From Squalus acanthias (taxonomy: Eukaryota): a stretch of 64,000 nt of DNA. The number at the start of each line of letters is the position of its first letter. Positions within the stretch are counted from its first letter, which is position 1. The notes beneath the pieces were generated by a model. That model did no database searches, was not told where the DNA came from, and saw only the letters and a program-made list of their open reading frames with translations. This document shows positions 12,963-25,094 of this stretch, in pieces. The position numbers and the translations under genes were made by a program. The stretch lies in contig CM059438.1 in NCBI GenBank assembly GCA_030390025.1, forward strand, positions 70,990,001 to 71,054,000, given 5' to 3'.

Positions 12963-13650
12963 AGGGGTGAGTTTAGCGGTTGAGAAACCTGGCAGGATGG
13001 GTTTCTCTCAGGTTCTGCTGAATTTAATGGCAGGACCTGATTACCAAATTTGAAATTCGTTTTCCGGCCGCAGATTGGGAGGGTAGGTCTGCGGCACCAG
13101 GACGCAGCTGGGGAGTGGAGAGGAGGGGAGAGAGAGGTGGGGGGGGGGGGGCGGGGGACATCGATGGAGAAGCCTGGAGAGATCAGGGGTCAGGGGGCCA
13201 TCAATGGGTGGGGCCCAGAGAGGTCGGGGAAGGAGGGGAGAAGATCGTGGGAGGCCTGAAAAGATCGGGCAGGGTGCCCGTGGAGCACGTGGGGGGGAGG
13301 ACATCGGGAGGACATCAGATCGTGAGGGGGATGGTGTCCGATCGCTTCGGGTAACAAGGTAACTTCTGCTCCTCCTGTCCCAGTGCTGGAAAGGCACTTA
13401 CCTCTTCCATCCAGCAGTCCTCGCCTCCCTTCAGCTGCCGGGTTTCCCGAGGCACGCAGCTTCATTAAAATATTTAAATGAGGGACCCGCCCCCTGAGAG
13501 CGGCTTGGTTGCCCGCCCCCGGTCCCACCTCCATTGAAACCGGAAGTGGCCGGGTTCCAGGCAGGTTGGGTTTGGGTTTGAAATTTGTCAAATTGTAACT
13601 TCCCACCCGGCCCCAACCCACCCGATTTTGGGGGTTAAAAATGACCCCCT
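12963..13650. mobile_element. Harbinger-type non-autonomous element
   Basis: Imperfect TIRs ggggtgagttta ... taaaaatgacccc; GC-rich subterminal regions; purine-rich interior. Confidence 0.55.
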
Positions 13651-15751
13651 GTATCCCAGCAAGAAACCAGTGCATTAAGATGGGAAGAGGGGGGCAGGAG
13701 GAAAAATTAGCGCATTAAATTAGTTTATAAAAAGTGAATTTGGGGATAGTAAGCAAACGATATCCTCGACAGTGGAATAGGTAAAAATGCTGATAGTCAA
13801 CAAGGGCAAAGCTGGTGGACCAGAAGGTTGCAGTAGTCGTAAATGTCTTTCAACAACAGTCTAAGCAAACACATAGAAAGTCTGTTCTGTGTGGCGCAGG
13901 GGGAGGGCTGTAATTTGTCAACTCCACACCGACCGTGGGGAGCGCTACCCAGCGGTGCTGCACGTCAAAAGATTGCAAGTCCAAATCTCTGACTCGTTGC
14001 TATCAGTGGCCGAAACTCCCCACTGACAGCAGAGCCTCCTAAAGGTGTCTCCTACATCTCGTCGTACTCCTGTGATCGTGCGTGGAAAAGCAGGGTAAAT
14101 ATTTTTTAACGTACTGTACCAAGCTGCCTTTTTCATTCTCCATCCTCATGTGCTGAAGAGCTGAAGATGAGCTTATGTACAGCACATAAATTGCTTTTCG
14201 TGAGAAAGATGCATTAATGTTCTCGCTTACAAGATTTTGATGTAGATTATTTATATTTCGGGTTGCACTTACTTTCGGATTTAAAAGTTGCTTTTGGAGT
14301 TTCTCAGTTGTTGACCGCACAGTTCTGAATAAAATCTAATTTTCTTCAACGTGAAGCATATGCAGCTCGTCGCCTTCTCAGAGGACGGATGAAAAATAAA
14401 CAGCTCAAGAGGTACTTTGATGTTGTTAGTTTGTCACTGAATGTTCACTACTGTTAGTCCCATCCTTATTTATAACTGTTCTCAAGGAAAGCTATTCATG
14501 TGCTGGGAGACACTGTCCAGAAGCTTTTTTGACTGACACTTCGCATGTTGATGGGCTATGTGTGGGAAAATAAGTTGAGAGTTCAGGTCCAGAAACCATA
14601 CAGTTAAAATATGTTTGAACTGAGAGTCTTAGAATGAAGATAGAGTGTTTGAAGTAGGATTGAGAAAAGCCTCCCTGGCTCATGCTACTGGTTATGGCTA
14701 TGAACAAGATCCAGTCAGATGATTTTCATCTCTCTCCTGCTGTGATGTGAAACTTTGTATTTCTCTTCTTGTGAAATGTCCCTTTGTTTTCTGCTTTAGT
14801 TCACAGAACTTCTCTCCATCCTCCCAGATTCTTGCTTTGGATCTTGATCCCCTCCACATTCTTGCCGCCCCCCGCCCCCACCCTACCTGACTATGACAAC
14901 AGATTTTTGCTTCAATAGCTGCCATTTAAGGCATTCTACTTTCCATTTCACCTTTTCATGAACCCTTTCCACTCCCTTTAATATTTTATCGAAGTACAGT
15001 GACCAAAACTGTACACAATAGTGCTGTGTGCGAACCTAATGGATTGCAATAGGCGACAAGAAGTGGCTCTCTTATTTTTCTCAAGTTATTCCATGTCATT
15101 TTTTTCCCCTCTTGACTTGGTTTTTCTAACGTGATTTCTGATTATTTTCTTTCACCCAACCCTCTCAACTGAGGTTGGATCATTTGTTAATTTACTGTGG
15201 AATCTTCTCTTATTAACAGTGCTGGTCCCTTATTTTTCATGTTCCTTTCAAACATTTGTTTTTCCAGTATTTTCCCTTCCTTTCCTGAAGGCAATGAATC
15301 ATGTTGGAGTACAGTTCGGCAGGTGCTAGCACCCTCTGGTATGTTGGACCGATGCCATTTTTCGTGTATGAACCTAGACATCGAGCATTAAAAGGCTATT
15401 GTCAGGCTTGGCGCAGTGGAAGCGTTCCTGCCTCCGAGTCAAAAGGTCATGAGTGCAAGCCCCACTTCAGAGACTTGAGCATGTCACCTAGGCTGAAAAT
15501 ACTGGGGGAGCAGCGCACTGTCAGAGGTGCCATCTTTCAAATGAGATGTTAAACTGAGACCCCACCTGCTGGATGTAAAAGATCCCGTGGCACTTTTCAA
15601 AGAAAAGTTCTGCTCGTGTCTTTGGCCACTATTTTTCCCTCAACCAACATTACCAAAACAGATTATTTAGTCATTTACCTCACTGTTGTTTGTGGGACCT
15701 TGCTGCGGACAAATTGGCTGCCATGTTTCCCCAAATTACAATAGTGGCTAC

Positions 15752-16796
15752 CAATGCTCCCCCTAATTTTTTTTGGGGGTGTGAAGTCCCTTTAACGAGC
15801 CTCTTCAGTGAATGCTGATGGTTTCTTTGACTGGGAGGAGGTGGGGGAAGTCATTACATGTGAGCTCGACCCATTCAAAGTTAAGTGCATGTGCGAAATT
15901 TCACATTTGAAAAGCTATGGGGGCGTGTTGGAGGCGGGACTGCTGCTTGTCGGGTCGATGTCCCGCCTCCATCGATTTGTGGCCAACCCACGCTATTTTC
16001 CCTTGATTTACCTTGTTAAGCCTGCCCAGCGGGCTTAGCAGGCCAATTAAGGGAAAGCCGGTTGCAAAGCATGTCAACGTATGACGTTTCATCTGTCAAA
16101 AACCTTTGACAGATGAATTGTCATCGTTTGACAGCTCTGTGAAGCTGTCAAACAGTGACATTCTCTGCAGTTTGATGAGGTCTTGCACACAAGACCTCAT
16201 CAACCTTCTTTCTTTTACAGAAATGGGATGTTTGTTGCATCTGAGAATGCGACGGCCATCTCTCATCTGCAACACGGAGGTCCGAGACTCTCCGCATACA
16301 AACCAACTGAAACCTGCAGGAAGAAACAAAGGTAAGTACACTTTTAATAACACTTTGCACTTACCTCAGATACTCACCTCTACACTCTTGCACCCATCAC
16401 TTACCTTCACACCACACTTTTGCACCCCCCCGACCCCCGCAGACCCAGTACTCGCCTCGATGAGCTGGCGGGTTTTGGAGCCTTCGGGAAGCCCGCACTT
16501 GTGAGGGCAAAAAGGGGATAATCCTATTTTCTGCCTGTTAACTACCTGTTAACAGGCAGTTAATAGGCTTTAATCCCTTCCCGCCTCCAAGGAGACGGGA
16601 CCCGGCGCGGGACGGCTACCCGCCTCCTGGCAAGATGGCATGGAGGCAGGTTGGGCACCCGCCCCCCACCGAAATTCTGCTATTTTCCCGCCAGACCTGC
16701 CTCCATACCCGCCTCCCCAGGGCTGGCAAAATCGCCCCCGCTGGTCCCGGGCTGCGTGGGACCGGCACACAGCTGTGCGGCCGAAAGGGAACGTTG
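15752..16796. mobile_element. hAT-like MITE with 8-bp TSD, itself interrupted
   Basis: TIRs caatgctccc / gggaacgttg; TSD gtggctac (15744-15751) and gtgactac (16797-16804). Confidence 0.75.
15917..16739. mobile_element. Hairpin-rich Harbinger-type element, copy 1 (left end clipped)
   Basis: Colinear homology with 17071-17903; right end ggcaaaatcgccccc. Confidence 0.75.
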
Positions 16797-16932
16797 GTGA
16801 CTACACTTCAAAAGTCATTGGCAGCGAAGCGCTTTGGGATGTCCTGAGGTCATGCAAGTTCCTTCTTTTGTTGGTGGTAAGGTGAGGCACTGCAGTTTAG
16901 CCCAATCACCAGATATCGATACACATGCACAG

Positions 16933-18007
16933 TATTAAAAACAGAAAATGCTGGAAATACTCAGCAGCTCAGGCAGCATCTGTGGAGAGAGAAACGGAGT
17001 TCACGTTTCAGGTAGATGACCCTTCGCCAGAACTGGGGGTTCTGACGAAGGGTCATCGACCTGAAACGTTGGGCTGGATTTTATCAATGGGGGCGCGTTG
17101 GGAGCAGGACTGATGGTTTTCGGGTTTCAGTCCCGCCCCCAACGATGTCCGGCCAACCCACGCTATTTTCCTCTGATTGACCTTGTTAAGCCCGCCCTGC
17201 AGGCTTAGCCGGTCAATTAAGGGAAAGCCGGTGACAGAGGATGTTAGCGTATGACGTTTCATCTGTCACAAATTTTTGACAGATGAATTGTAAACGTTTG
17301 ACAGCCTTGAGAAGCTGTCAAACACTGACAATTTCTGTTCTAAGGTGAGTCTTTGTACTGAAGACTCACCAAACCGCTCTCCTTAGCAGAAATCAGATGG
17401 CTGCTGCATCAGAGAATGCAGCAGCCATTCTTTCATCTCTGCCATTGAGATGAGGCACCTCCGGATCCCCAAGGGTTGAAGCCTGCAGGAAGAAGCAAAG
17501 GTAAGTACATTTTTCCTAACACTCTACACTCACCTCTCATACTTACCTCTCCACACTTGCACCCATCACTCACCTCCACAGTGCACTTTTCGACCCCTCT
17601 CACCCCCGCAGACCCACTGCTCGCCTCGCTGACCCTGGTGAGGTTCGCAGCCGTTGGGAAGCCCACACTTGTGTGAGTAAAATGGGAATAATCCTCTTAA
17701 CTGCCTGTTAACTACCTGTTAACAGGCAGTTAATTGGCTGTAATCCCCTTCCCGCCTCAAGGAGACGGGACCCGGCGCGAGTCGGGGACCCGCCTCCAGG
17801 GAAGATGGCACGGAGGTGGGTTGGGAGCGGGTTCGGTACCCGCTCCCAGTTTCTGCCATTTTCCCAGCAGTCCCACCTCCCCAGGGCTGGTAAAATTCCC
17901 CCCATTGACTGTTTCTCTCTCCACAGATGCTGCCTGACCTGCTGAGTATTTCCAGCATTTTCTGTTTTTATTTCAGATTTCCAGCATCCGCAGTATTTTG
18001 CTTTTGT
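16933..18007. mobile_element. Penelope-derived fold-back element interrupted by a MITE
   Basis: Left arm aaaaacagaaaatgctggaaatactcagc...ccttcgccagaac. The inverted arm begins gttctgacgaagggtc...gaaacgtt, resumes at about 17907 and ends in the tail gatttccagcatccgcagtattttgc. Confidence 0.8.
17071..17903. mobile_element. Hairpin-rich Harbinger-type element, copy 2 (complete)
   Basis: Imperfect TIRs gggctggattttatc / ggtaaaattcccccc; 3-bp flanks gtt/att; homologous to 15917-16739. Confidence 0.78.
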
Positions 18008-19812
18008 ATCACAAGAGAATTGTTCAGGAATGGGAGCCTAGCTTATATTTTTCCTGTCTGGAGTTGGGGGAAGGGGGTTATATTGAGGACAGTTTTAATG
18101 CTCCACTGACCTAGCTGAGATCAGACCTGTGATTGAACCTGAGACCTTCCTGGTCCTTATGGCTCAGCTAATTACTGGATAAATTGACTGTGCCATCGTA
18201 GGAGCTTAGCAATAACATTCTTACATTGAATAGCACAGAAATACTTCTCAAACCCAGCAGGACAGAATTTACCTCGGTCCACTTTAACACACTTGGCGGC
18301 TGTAGTTACATTTGTGAACCCAAATACTATATATAGCCAGATTAAAATGTAATTTCAGCGCGGCACTACTGGCCTCAGTACCCATGGCCTAGAAAAGGAA
18401 GAAGAAAGTCAGCCAGGGTTTCTACTGCTATTTGTTATCCAGGGACCCTGCTGTAAACTGCATGTGTTGACATAAGAGAGAGAGAATGAATCGAGCTCAC
18501 ATGTAATGACTTTCCCCCACCTCCTCCCAGTCAAAGAAACCATCAGCATTCACTGAACAGTCTTGTGCATGTCGAATAGCAACTTGGATGACGTGCTACA
18601 GGCACGCCAGTGGCTGTGGAACTGTGCCCCACAACAAGGCCTGATCTTCGAATGAGGCGGGGAGTAGGTGGCAGTCGGGAAATAAGGGAAAGAGAAGTGA
18701 AATTCTGAAAATGTTACTGAAGTTTTTCTGTTTCATTCTGAAAATACTTATTGGGAACACAAACATTCTGTCATTTCTATCAGCATGTAACAGGAATAAC
18801 CTTTTAATAAAGAATATATATCAAATATTTTGAAAGGTAGTTCATGTAAATGATCTGCTAACTGTTTGGTGGAAGGATTAACACCATTTTATTTGTCTAC
18901 ACTCAGTCTAGGCACCTGAGACAGGCCAATTCATCATCATAAAATCCACGCTAACTATACTTGCTGCTGGTGCTTTCTTGAGCATGGTAAATCTGTTAGG
19001 TATGCATTTAGTATTTAATTTATACCTCGGGGGTCTGTGTATAATCTGTAGTTGAGTGGGTTCATAGATTCTCGCCACGTTATTTGATTGTCAATCATGC
19101 TGTCTGAATAGTTTTTGTAAGATATAAATTTACTATTGCTACCCCTATAGAGACAAAAAAATTGCCATGTGTGCATTTACTTTTCTATCTCTCGTCTTTA
19201 GGACAGTATTCCTTCAGGAACTTGGATGGAGAAATACTTCTAGCTATATTCTCTACCAGGAAACCCTGGAGAAATGTTCCCTTTTTTTCCCCTAACGGGA
19301 TCAATGGAGAGATCATTATTCTCTGCATATCCCATCAGTAAGGTCGAATAAGATCTGACATGTTTTCTCGGCTGGGTGTAAATGCGTTCATTTAATGCTG
19401 AAAGCTAATGGATTTCATTATTTTGTCATTAAAATTTAAAGCAAAATTAGCCTCGTATTGCCTTGAGAATACATAACCTTGCCTCACATGCTATTTATAT
19501 CTAATCATTACTTACATTCATGAAGGATTTTATTACTATGTGAGGTCTCCCCATGGATATGTTGAATCATTCCTGTGTTGAATACATGCCCTGCATTTCT
19601 AGAGAGCTCGCCTGTCGATTCAATTTCTAAGCTGGGAATAGCTGCTGGTTTCCATTTAGACAGGACATGGAGGGCTACACAGTGCACCTGCAAGCCTCAC
19701 AATTACATACCAACCTTCGCCCTGCCCTGGAAACTTTCCTTGACCTCCCGAATGCTCGCTGTTCCTGTTATTTGTCACGTTGCCAAATTAGAGAAGAAAA
19801 AAGAAATATGTA

Positions 19813-20200
19813 CGGTCTCCCCGGTGGCACAGCAAGTGGTACCCAGTGAGCAGCGGAGCCAGGGAGGTACGAGGTTTGATCGCTGGACTGCGCTGAGTTG
19901 GCTGATCTCACTGGGGCAGTGGTCGGGATGCTGCAGTTGATCTCGGCTACTTGGATTCGGGATGGAAACCCTCCCCCCAGCTCCCGACTGATGTCCAGCG
20001 ACTCCTGGAAGAGAGTGTGAGTGCGAGTGCACATGTGGCAAGGCCTGGATCAGGTTCGAACGTGACGCCCTACATATCCAAATAATTTCCTGACTCTCAC
20101 TGTCAAGGCGCACGTGTGCACAATGGCCATGTTGACAAGGCGCGCCGGATACCTGCCAAACTGTGCCCCAGCGTGGAATCAATGTCTTTTGCAGAGCAAA
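19813..20200 (+). mobile_element. Second tRNA-like SINE family; relatives at about 12680-12950(+), 18350-18660(+), 42820-43130(-), 45640-45965(-), 49155-49520(+), 52940-53095(+), 56150-56375(-)
   Basis: A-box-like gtggcacagc, B-box-like ggtttgatcgc, and a shared core tgYgctgagttRgctgatctca recurring through the window. Confidence 0.6.
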
Positions 20201-21085
20201 GGTTGTCAAGGAAAAGTAGACAATATATATGTGTATCGTCTATTATTGGTAACCAGTCTCTTCACTACCTAAATCGCAAAGGAACTAAAGAGACTGGATT
20301 AAATTTATGCACACTGCACTGGGTCACTTGAGTCTCAGAGCAATTAAGTAAAGCAGAGTATGACTAAGATCACAAAATAAATTTACTAATCCATATTGCA
20401 GGCAAAAAAGCTGAATTTAATTTATGACCCTACATTGTAAATCATCACATTACCCTAAATCCCTTCCATAAGGCTTTCTTTGGCAATCATACAAAAAAAA
20501 TGTTACAGTGATGGGGGAGTGTTGTAGAGTGAGTGCTTTATATGAGGTCTCTATAAGCGGAGTTATAAATCTATGCACTGTAGCCACGTATGTTCTTTAG
20601 TATGGCATGAATAAGAATTCAGATTGGAAATTATGACATTAACCCTCTCGGATCCAAACTTCTTTTCTACCCATCAAGGTGTAACTGGAGGATGACATAT
20701 GGGGAAGTGGAACCAAGTAACATAGCTGGAGAAATATTCTTCAGAGGTATAGATTTTGGTGAGAATCAAATGAGGCAGAGCAAATCTTAATGAGCAACCT
20801 CTCAATGAATTAAAGGTACCTTTACATTATTATAGGTTGGCTTTTTGATGCAAAGGAACCACCAAAGTATTGAGGAATTTAATTTCCCACTGATGGGACA
20901 TCAGTTAACACGTTTGAGTAAAATTTGTTTGTACATGATTTTACCTGCGTTGTTAATAAGTTTAAAATCAATAGGTTAATCCTCTGTTAAAATAGTTGAC
21001 AGGGGAATTTGATACGGACACATTAAGCATTCATCCGATAACATCACAAAGCATAAATTCCTGGCTATAATGTTTAAGAAACCTC

Positions 21086-21270
21086 GGGGCAGATCTTGAC
21101 TTTGTGTGACAGTGTAAAACGGGTAATAGCAAGTTGCCAGCCTGTTTTACATCTCTCCCAATTTTTATTTCCACTGAAGTCAAAGTAAATAAAAATCGTG
21201 AGTGATGGAAAATAGGCTGCCGACTCACTATCGCCCATTTTAAATTATCGTAGAAAGTCAAGAAATACCC
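21086..21270. mobile_element. Short palindromic MITE
   Basis: Ends ggggcagatcttgacttt ... aaagtcaagaaataccc with internal inverted symmetry. Confidence 0.6.
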
Positions 21271-22979
21271 TCTCCTATTTAAAAATACTTAATATGATAT
21301 AAAAAAACTTTCCTGAATCAGAAGAGAGAATAACTCTTGTCTGTTTTGGGAGGGAGGACTGCTCATCCTCCTACTCCTATGAATATGGACAACGAGGTGA
21401 CACAGCACATTAGGCACGAGGGAGCAGAGAGTCCCAGGTTCCTCTTTGTCCTTCCCTCATCACACTCCACAGAGTACCTGATCTTGGGAATGCTGCTCAG
21501 TGGAGATGCTGCAGTGGAGGCCAGGTATCTCGTTATTGTGGGAACGGGAAAGAAAGGTGGATGAGTTATTGTTGGGCTATTGCTGTGTGCCTCATAGTGG
21601 CTGGGAAAAGCGAACAGTTGGCAGAGATGTGGCTGCAGATCACCTGACAGTGCTCTCGGACTCGAGGCACATGGCCCACAGAGATCTGTACAGTGTGAAA
21701 AATGGGGGAGGGGTTGTAAAGGGGTGGAGGGGAGTCTGGCAGTAGAGCACTACAATTCATTAGTGTAGTAATTCGTATTTGTCACAGCACTGTTCCACAT
21801 GGAGATCTGAACTTGAGCAGAGGACAAGAAAAGGCTAAGTTTTCTCACAGGGAAGAAGAGGAAATAGTAGATACCCTACTGTCAAAGGAATATTTATGCT
21901 TTGGAAAGGGTTCACAGAAGAACAACAGGGATGGTTCTGCTTACTTAGTGCTCTAATTTATGAGGTGAGACTCACAGTTGAACTTCTTTTCACTGTAGAA
22001 AAGAAAATTGAGGAAAACCTGGTCTGTACTTCTAAGCTGCTGAGGGCTACAGCTAATAAAGGTGCAAGTGGCTATTTAAAGTTGACCGTGAATGTCAAAC
22101 TAGTACAAAATTAAGAAACCTCAAACAAGACTGGAAAATATTTTTTTTAACTTCTCTTCATATAGTGGATATGTGGAGCAAGAATCTCTGTAAAAGCATT
22201 TTAGTTTTGAGGATCAACTGCAAAAAAGGACTGGACAAATATCTGGTTAGGAATGGGATTCAAGATTGTGGAGATGAGTATAGCCAGTAATGATCGAATG
22301 CTCCATGGAACATGATATTTCCGATGCTATGATAAATATTTACCATACAAAATATCATGTTGATATTTATTTAGGACCATGGAAGTCCCATCTGTGAAAA
22401 CCAGGGTTGATGAATGGAGAAGTATGAATAAATGGATAATCTGGAGCTACACTTGACAAATTCTGAAGATCTGAGACCCTCTGAAAAATTAGATACATTA
22501 GGCATAATGGGGCAATTGTACATGGTCTATTGAAGGAGTGAGCTTGATCACTCAAAATTAGACTTTTCCCATTCCATGCATCAGAGGGAAACCCCTATTT
22601 GAGTAACATTCTCCAGCCATATGTCCTAAACTGCACGCTCCATCCCTCTGACTTGCGATCTTTGCTTGTTCTCTCTTCCTATTTGCCCTACCAAAGAAGA
22701 CTTATCTTTAAGCCCCTATCCTCTAGAATTCTCTTCAGGATCATGCTTTTCCTGGCTTCAGTAACTTCCTAAATTGTATATCTTGATCAGCCTTTGGTCC
22801 CACTATCTAACTTCCTTCCTGCTTGATGTCCACCATTCCCTCTTGTTAAGTTATCTGAGATGTCTGTTGTGTGAGGAAGTGCCTATTAAATCTAAGTTCT
22901 GCTGGTGCTATTATTTACAGAAGAAACATGGATTCAGCTATTTCTGAATGTCATAAAAAAACATTTTTCTACACCTGCC

Positions 22980-23210
22980 AAGTTTGGTGTGTGACTTGGA
23001 GGGGAATTTGGAGGTGGTGGTGTTCCCATGCACCTGCTGCCCTTGTCCTTCTAGGTGGTGGGGGTTGCGGGTTTGGGGGGTTGGCCAAAGAAGCCTTGGT
23101 GACTTGCTGCAGTGTGCCCTGTAGATAGCACACACTGCAGCCACAGCACTGTGGAGGGAGTGGATGTTTTGAGCTGGTGGAAGGAGTGACGATCAAGCAG
23201 ACTGCTTTAT
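22980..23210 (-). mobile_element. LINE 3' fragment (CR1/L2 group)
   Basis: Minus frames give VAAVCAIYRAHCSKSPRLL and PPPRRTRAAGAWEHH, typical of a shark LINE ORF2 end. Confidence 0.6.
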
Positions 23211-24109
23211 GTAACATCACACCTTTCTTCAAGGAGACAGTCACAAGAACAATTATAATAGAAGATTTCCAAACTACAAAATATTATCAACTGACAAGAA
23301 CCTTATCTTGATCTCATTTTCAAAAAGGGTGTTCAATATTTAAGTCAAGTAAAACAGTTTCGCCTTTATAACAAAGCGCAGATCAGTGTGGCCACATGCA
23401 GAATGTATCTGATGACAACTGAGACAGAAAAGCTAAATTCTGAGCATCAGCACAACCCAGAGAATAATTTATAACCTGAAACTCACTGCCAACCATTTAC
23501 TCTTCTTTGCATTATATGTTATGTAGTTTTGTTTATTTTAAAAAAAATTCCTTTAAACCATTACTCAACCCACCACACTGAGAGTTTGTGGCATAGAACT
23601 TTAAGAGACACATTCCATAACCCTCCAGTTAATATAATCTTAGAGTTTTACCAGCATCAGATTGCAGGGACATAATATACATTTATCAAATGCATGCTAT
23701 GTCATGGTATCTTATCATTATTAAGAGAAGTAGAAGTGGCTGAAATATTATTCAAGGTTTCAAACAAGCAATTGGTTCTCCACTGCCCTGTTGGATGAAG
23801 TGTTGTGTGTTTTTACAGTTACAGTTATCGCTTATGTTGGCTGTTCTGTCAGGTGAACATGTAGGAGGGACCTCCATAGGCCGTCACCTCAGCTAATATG
23901 TCTCCAGCTTCTGTGGATGGATTATGGAATGGTATTAATGTAAGGGTAACAATAATGCTCAAAGACACTGATATACCTCCGCCTGCCCAGCTGTAAACCC
24001 TCAACGCAAATTTGCCTTTTCCAATAAAAGAATACAACAACCAAGGCAAGACTTAACATTTTTGGAGTCTGCCAATGAAAGCCCACAATCGTGGCGTAAA
24101 AGATCTTAC

Positions 24110-24181
24110 CTCACATGAATTAATGCAGTGAATCATTTCAGGGTGTGGGTACCATTTAAGTCCTGCTGTACAAACCATATT
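24110..24181 (-). CDS. PAPPA: PAPPA exon (72 nt; end of CCP5, start of LNR3)
   Basis: Acceptor ctcttcacag, donor gtaaga. Translates NMVCTAGLKWYPHPEMIHCINSCE. CTAGLKWYPHP matches PAPP-A rather than PAPP-A2. Phase 0 to 0. Confidence 0.95.
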
Positions 24182-25094
24182 CTGTGAAGAGAAAATAAAA
24201 CAAGAGTTGTCATAATTGCACTCAAAAGGAGTTTGCTATCAGTGTGGCGTCTGCCTTGATTATCCGAGTATCTACTGGCTGCTGTGTACATGATGATTTA
24301 CTGTACCAGTCTGCCGAGGTAAACAAGGTCACATGGATTTCTCAATGTCGTAGGTGACTCACCAACCAAGCAACGTTTAAATGATGATTTCTTAAAGGCC
24401 TTTCACTTGCGTCTTCCCCATGAAATATTTCTCCCTGTTAGCAGTCTCGGCCAGTCATAATTTAATAGTTTGATATGTGAGGTGCTATCATTTAATATCG
24501 CAATAGAGCAAAATGTTAAATGGAGAATAGTGGTTATTTGGGAGAGATTACAAGGCAGCAATCTAACCAGAGGCTTCAGATGGTTTTACATTAATACATT
24601 GGATAGCCAGGAGTGAAGTCAATGTTTATAAGCGAGCACGGCAAGGAATGATTACAAGGCAGTAATCAATGGGTTCAGATGACATTCTATACTCCAAAAA
24701 CAATGCTGTACTGATGAGCTGAGCTCCTGAAATTAGATTTATTAATCCCTGTTTTGTGATATATAATGCATGTTGTTTTTTATAAATGGTTTTTATCAAT
24801 TTGGGGTTAGTGGAGAAAATCTGTAATTAATAATTTACCTTATATTAAAATATATACTGCTGATCTAGAATTTTATCTGCTTATCTAGCACCCTTAATTG
24901 ACTCTTTCTTTTGAATTTGCTGATGTAAAATGGTTTGGAAAATTTCACATTTTGATTTATATCATGTCTGACCCTAGTCCAGGTGGTCTTAAGTGGGCAC
25001 TGCCTTCATGAACACTGTTCTGCACATCCCTTTTTCAGTTTTAGGTGCTAACCTGCTGTCTCAACATACCATCACTTCACTGGTGTGTGATATT

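Larger units (their letters stand above)
15405..16861 (+). mobile_element. Deu-type SINE split by nested insertions (SINE parts about 15405-15751 and 16797-16861)
   Basis: The SINE sequence ...agtgactacacttcaaaag... resumes at 16797 after the inserted MITEs. Confidence 0.78.

Noticed and set aside
13041-13675. Cluster of overlapping Pro/Gly-rich ORFs
   Set aside because: By-product of the GC-rich, purine-skewed interior of a non-autonomous transposon.
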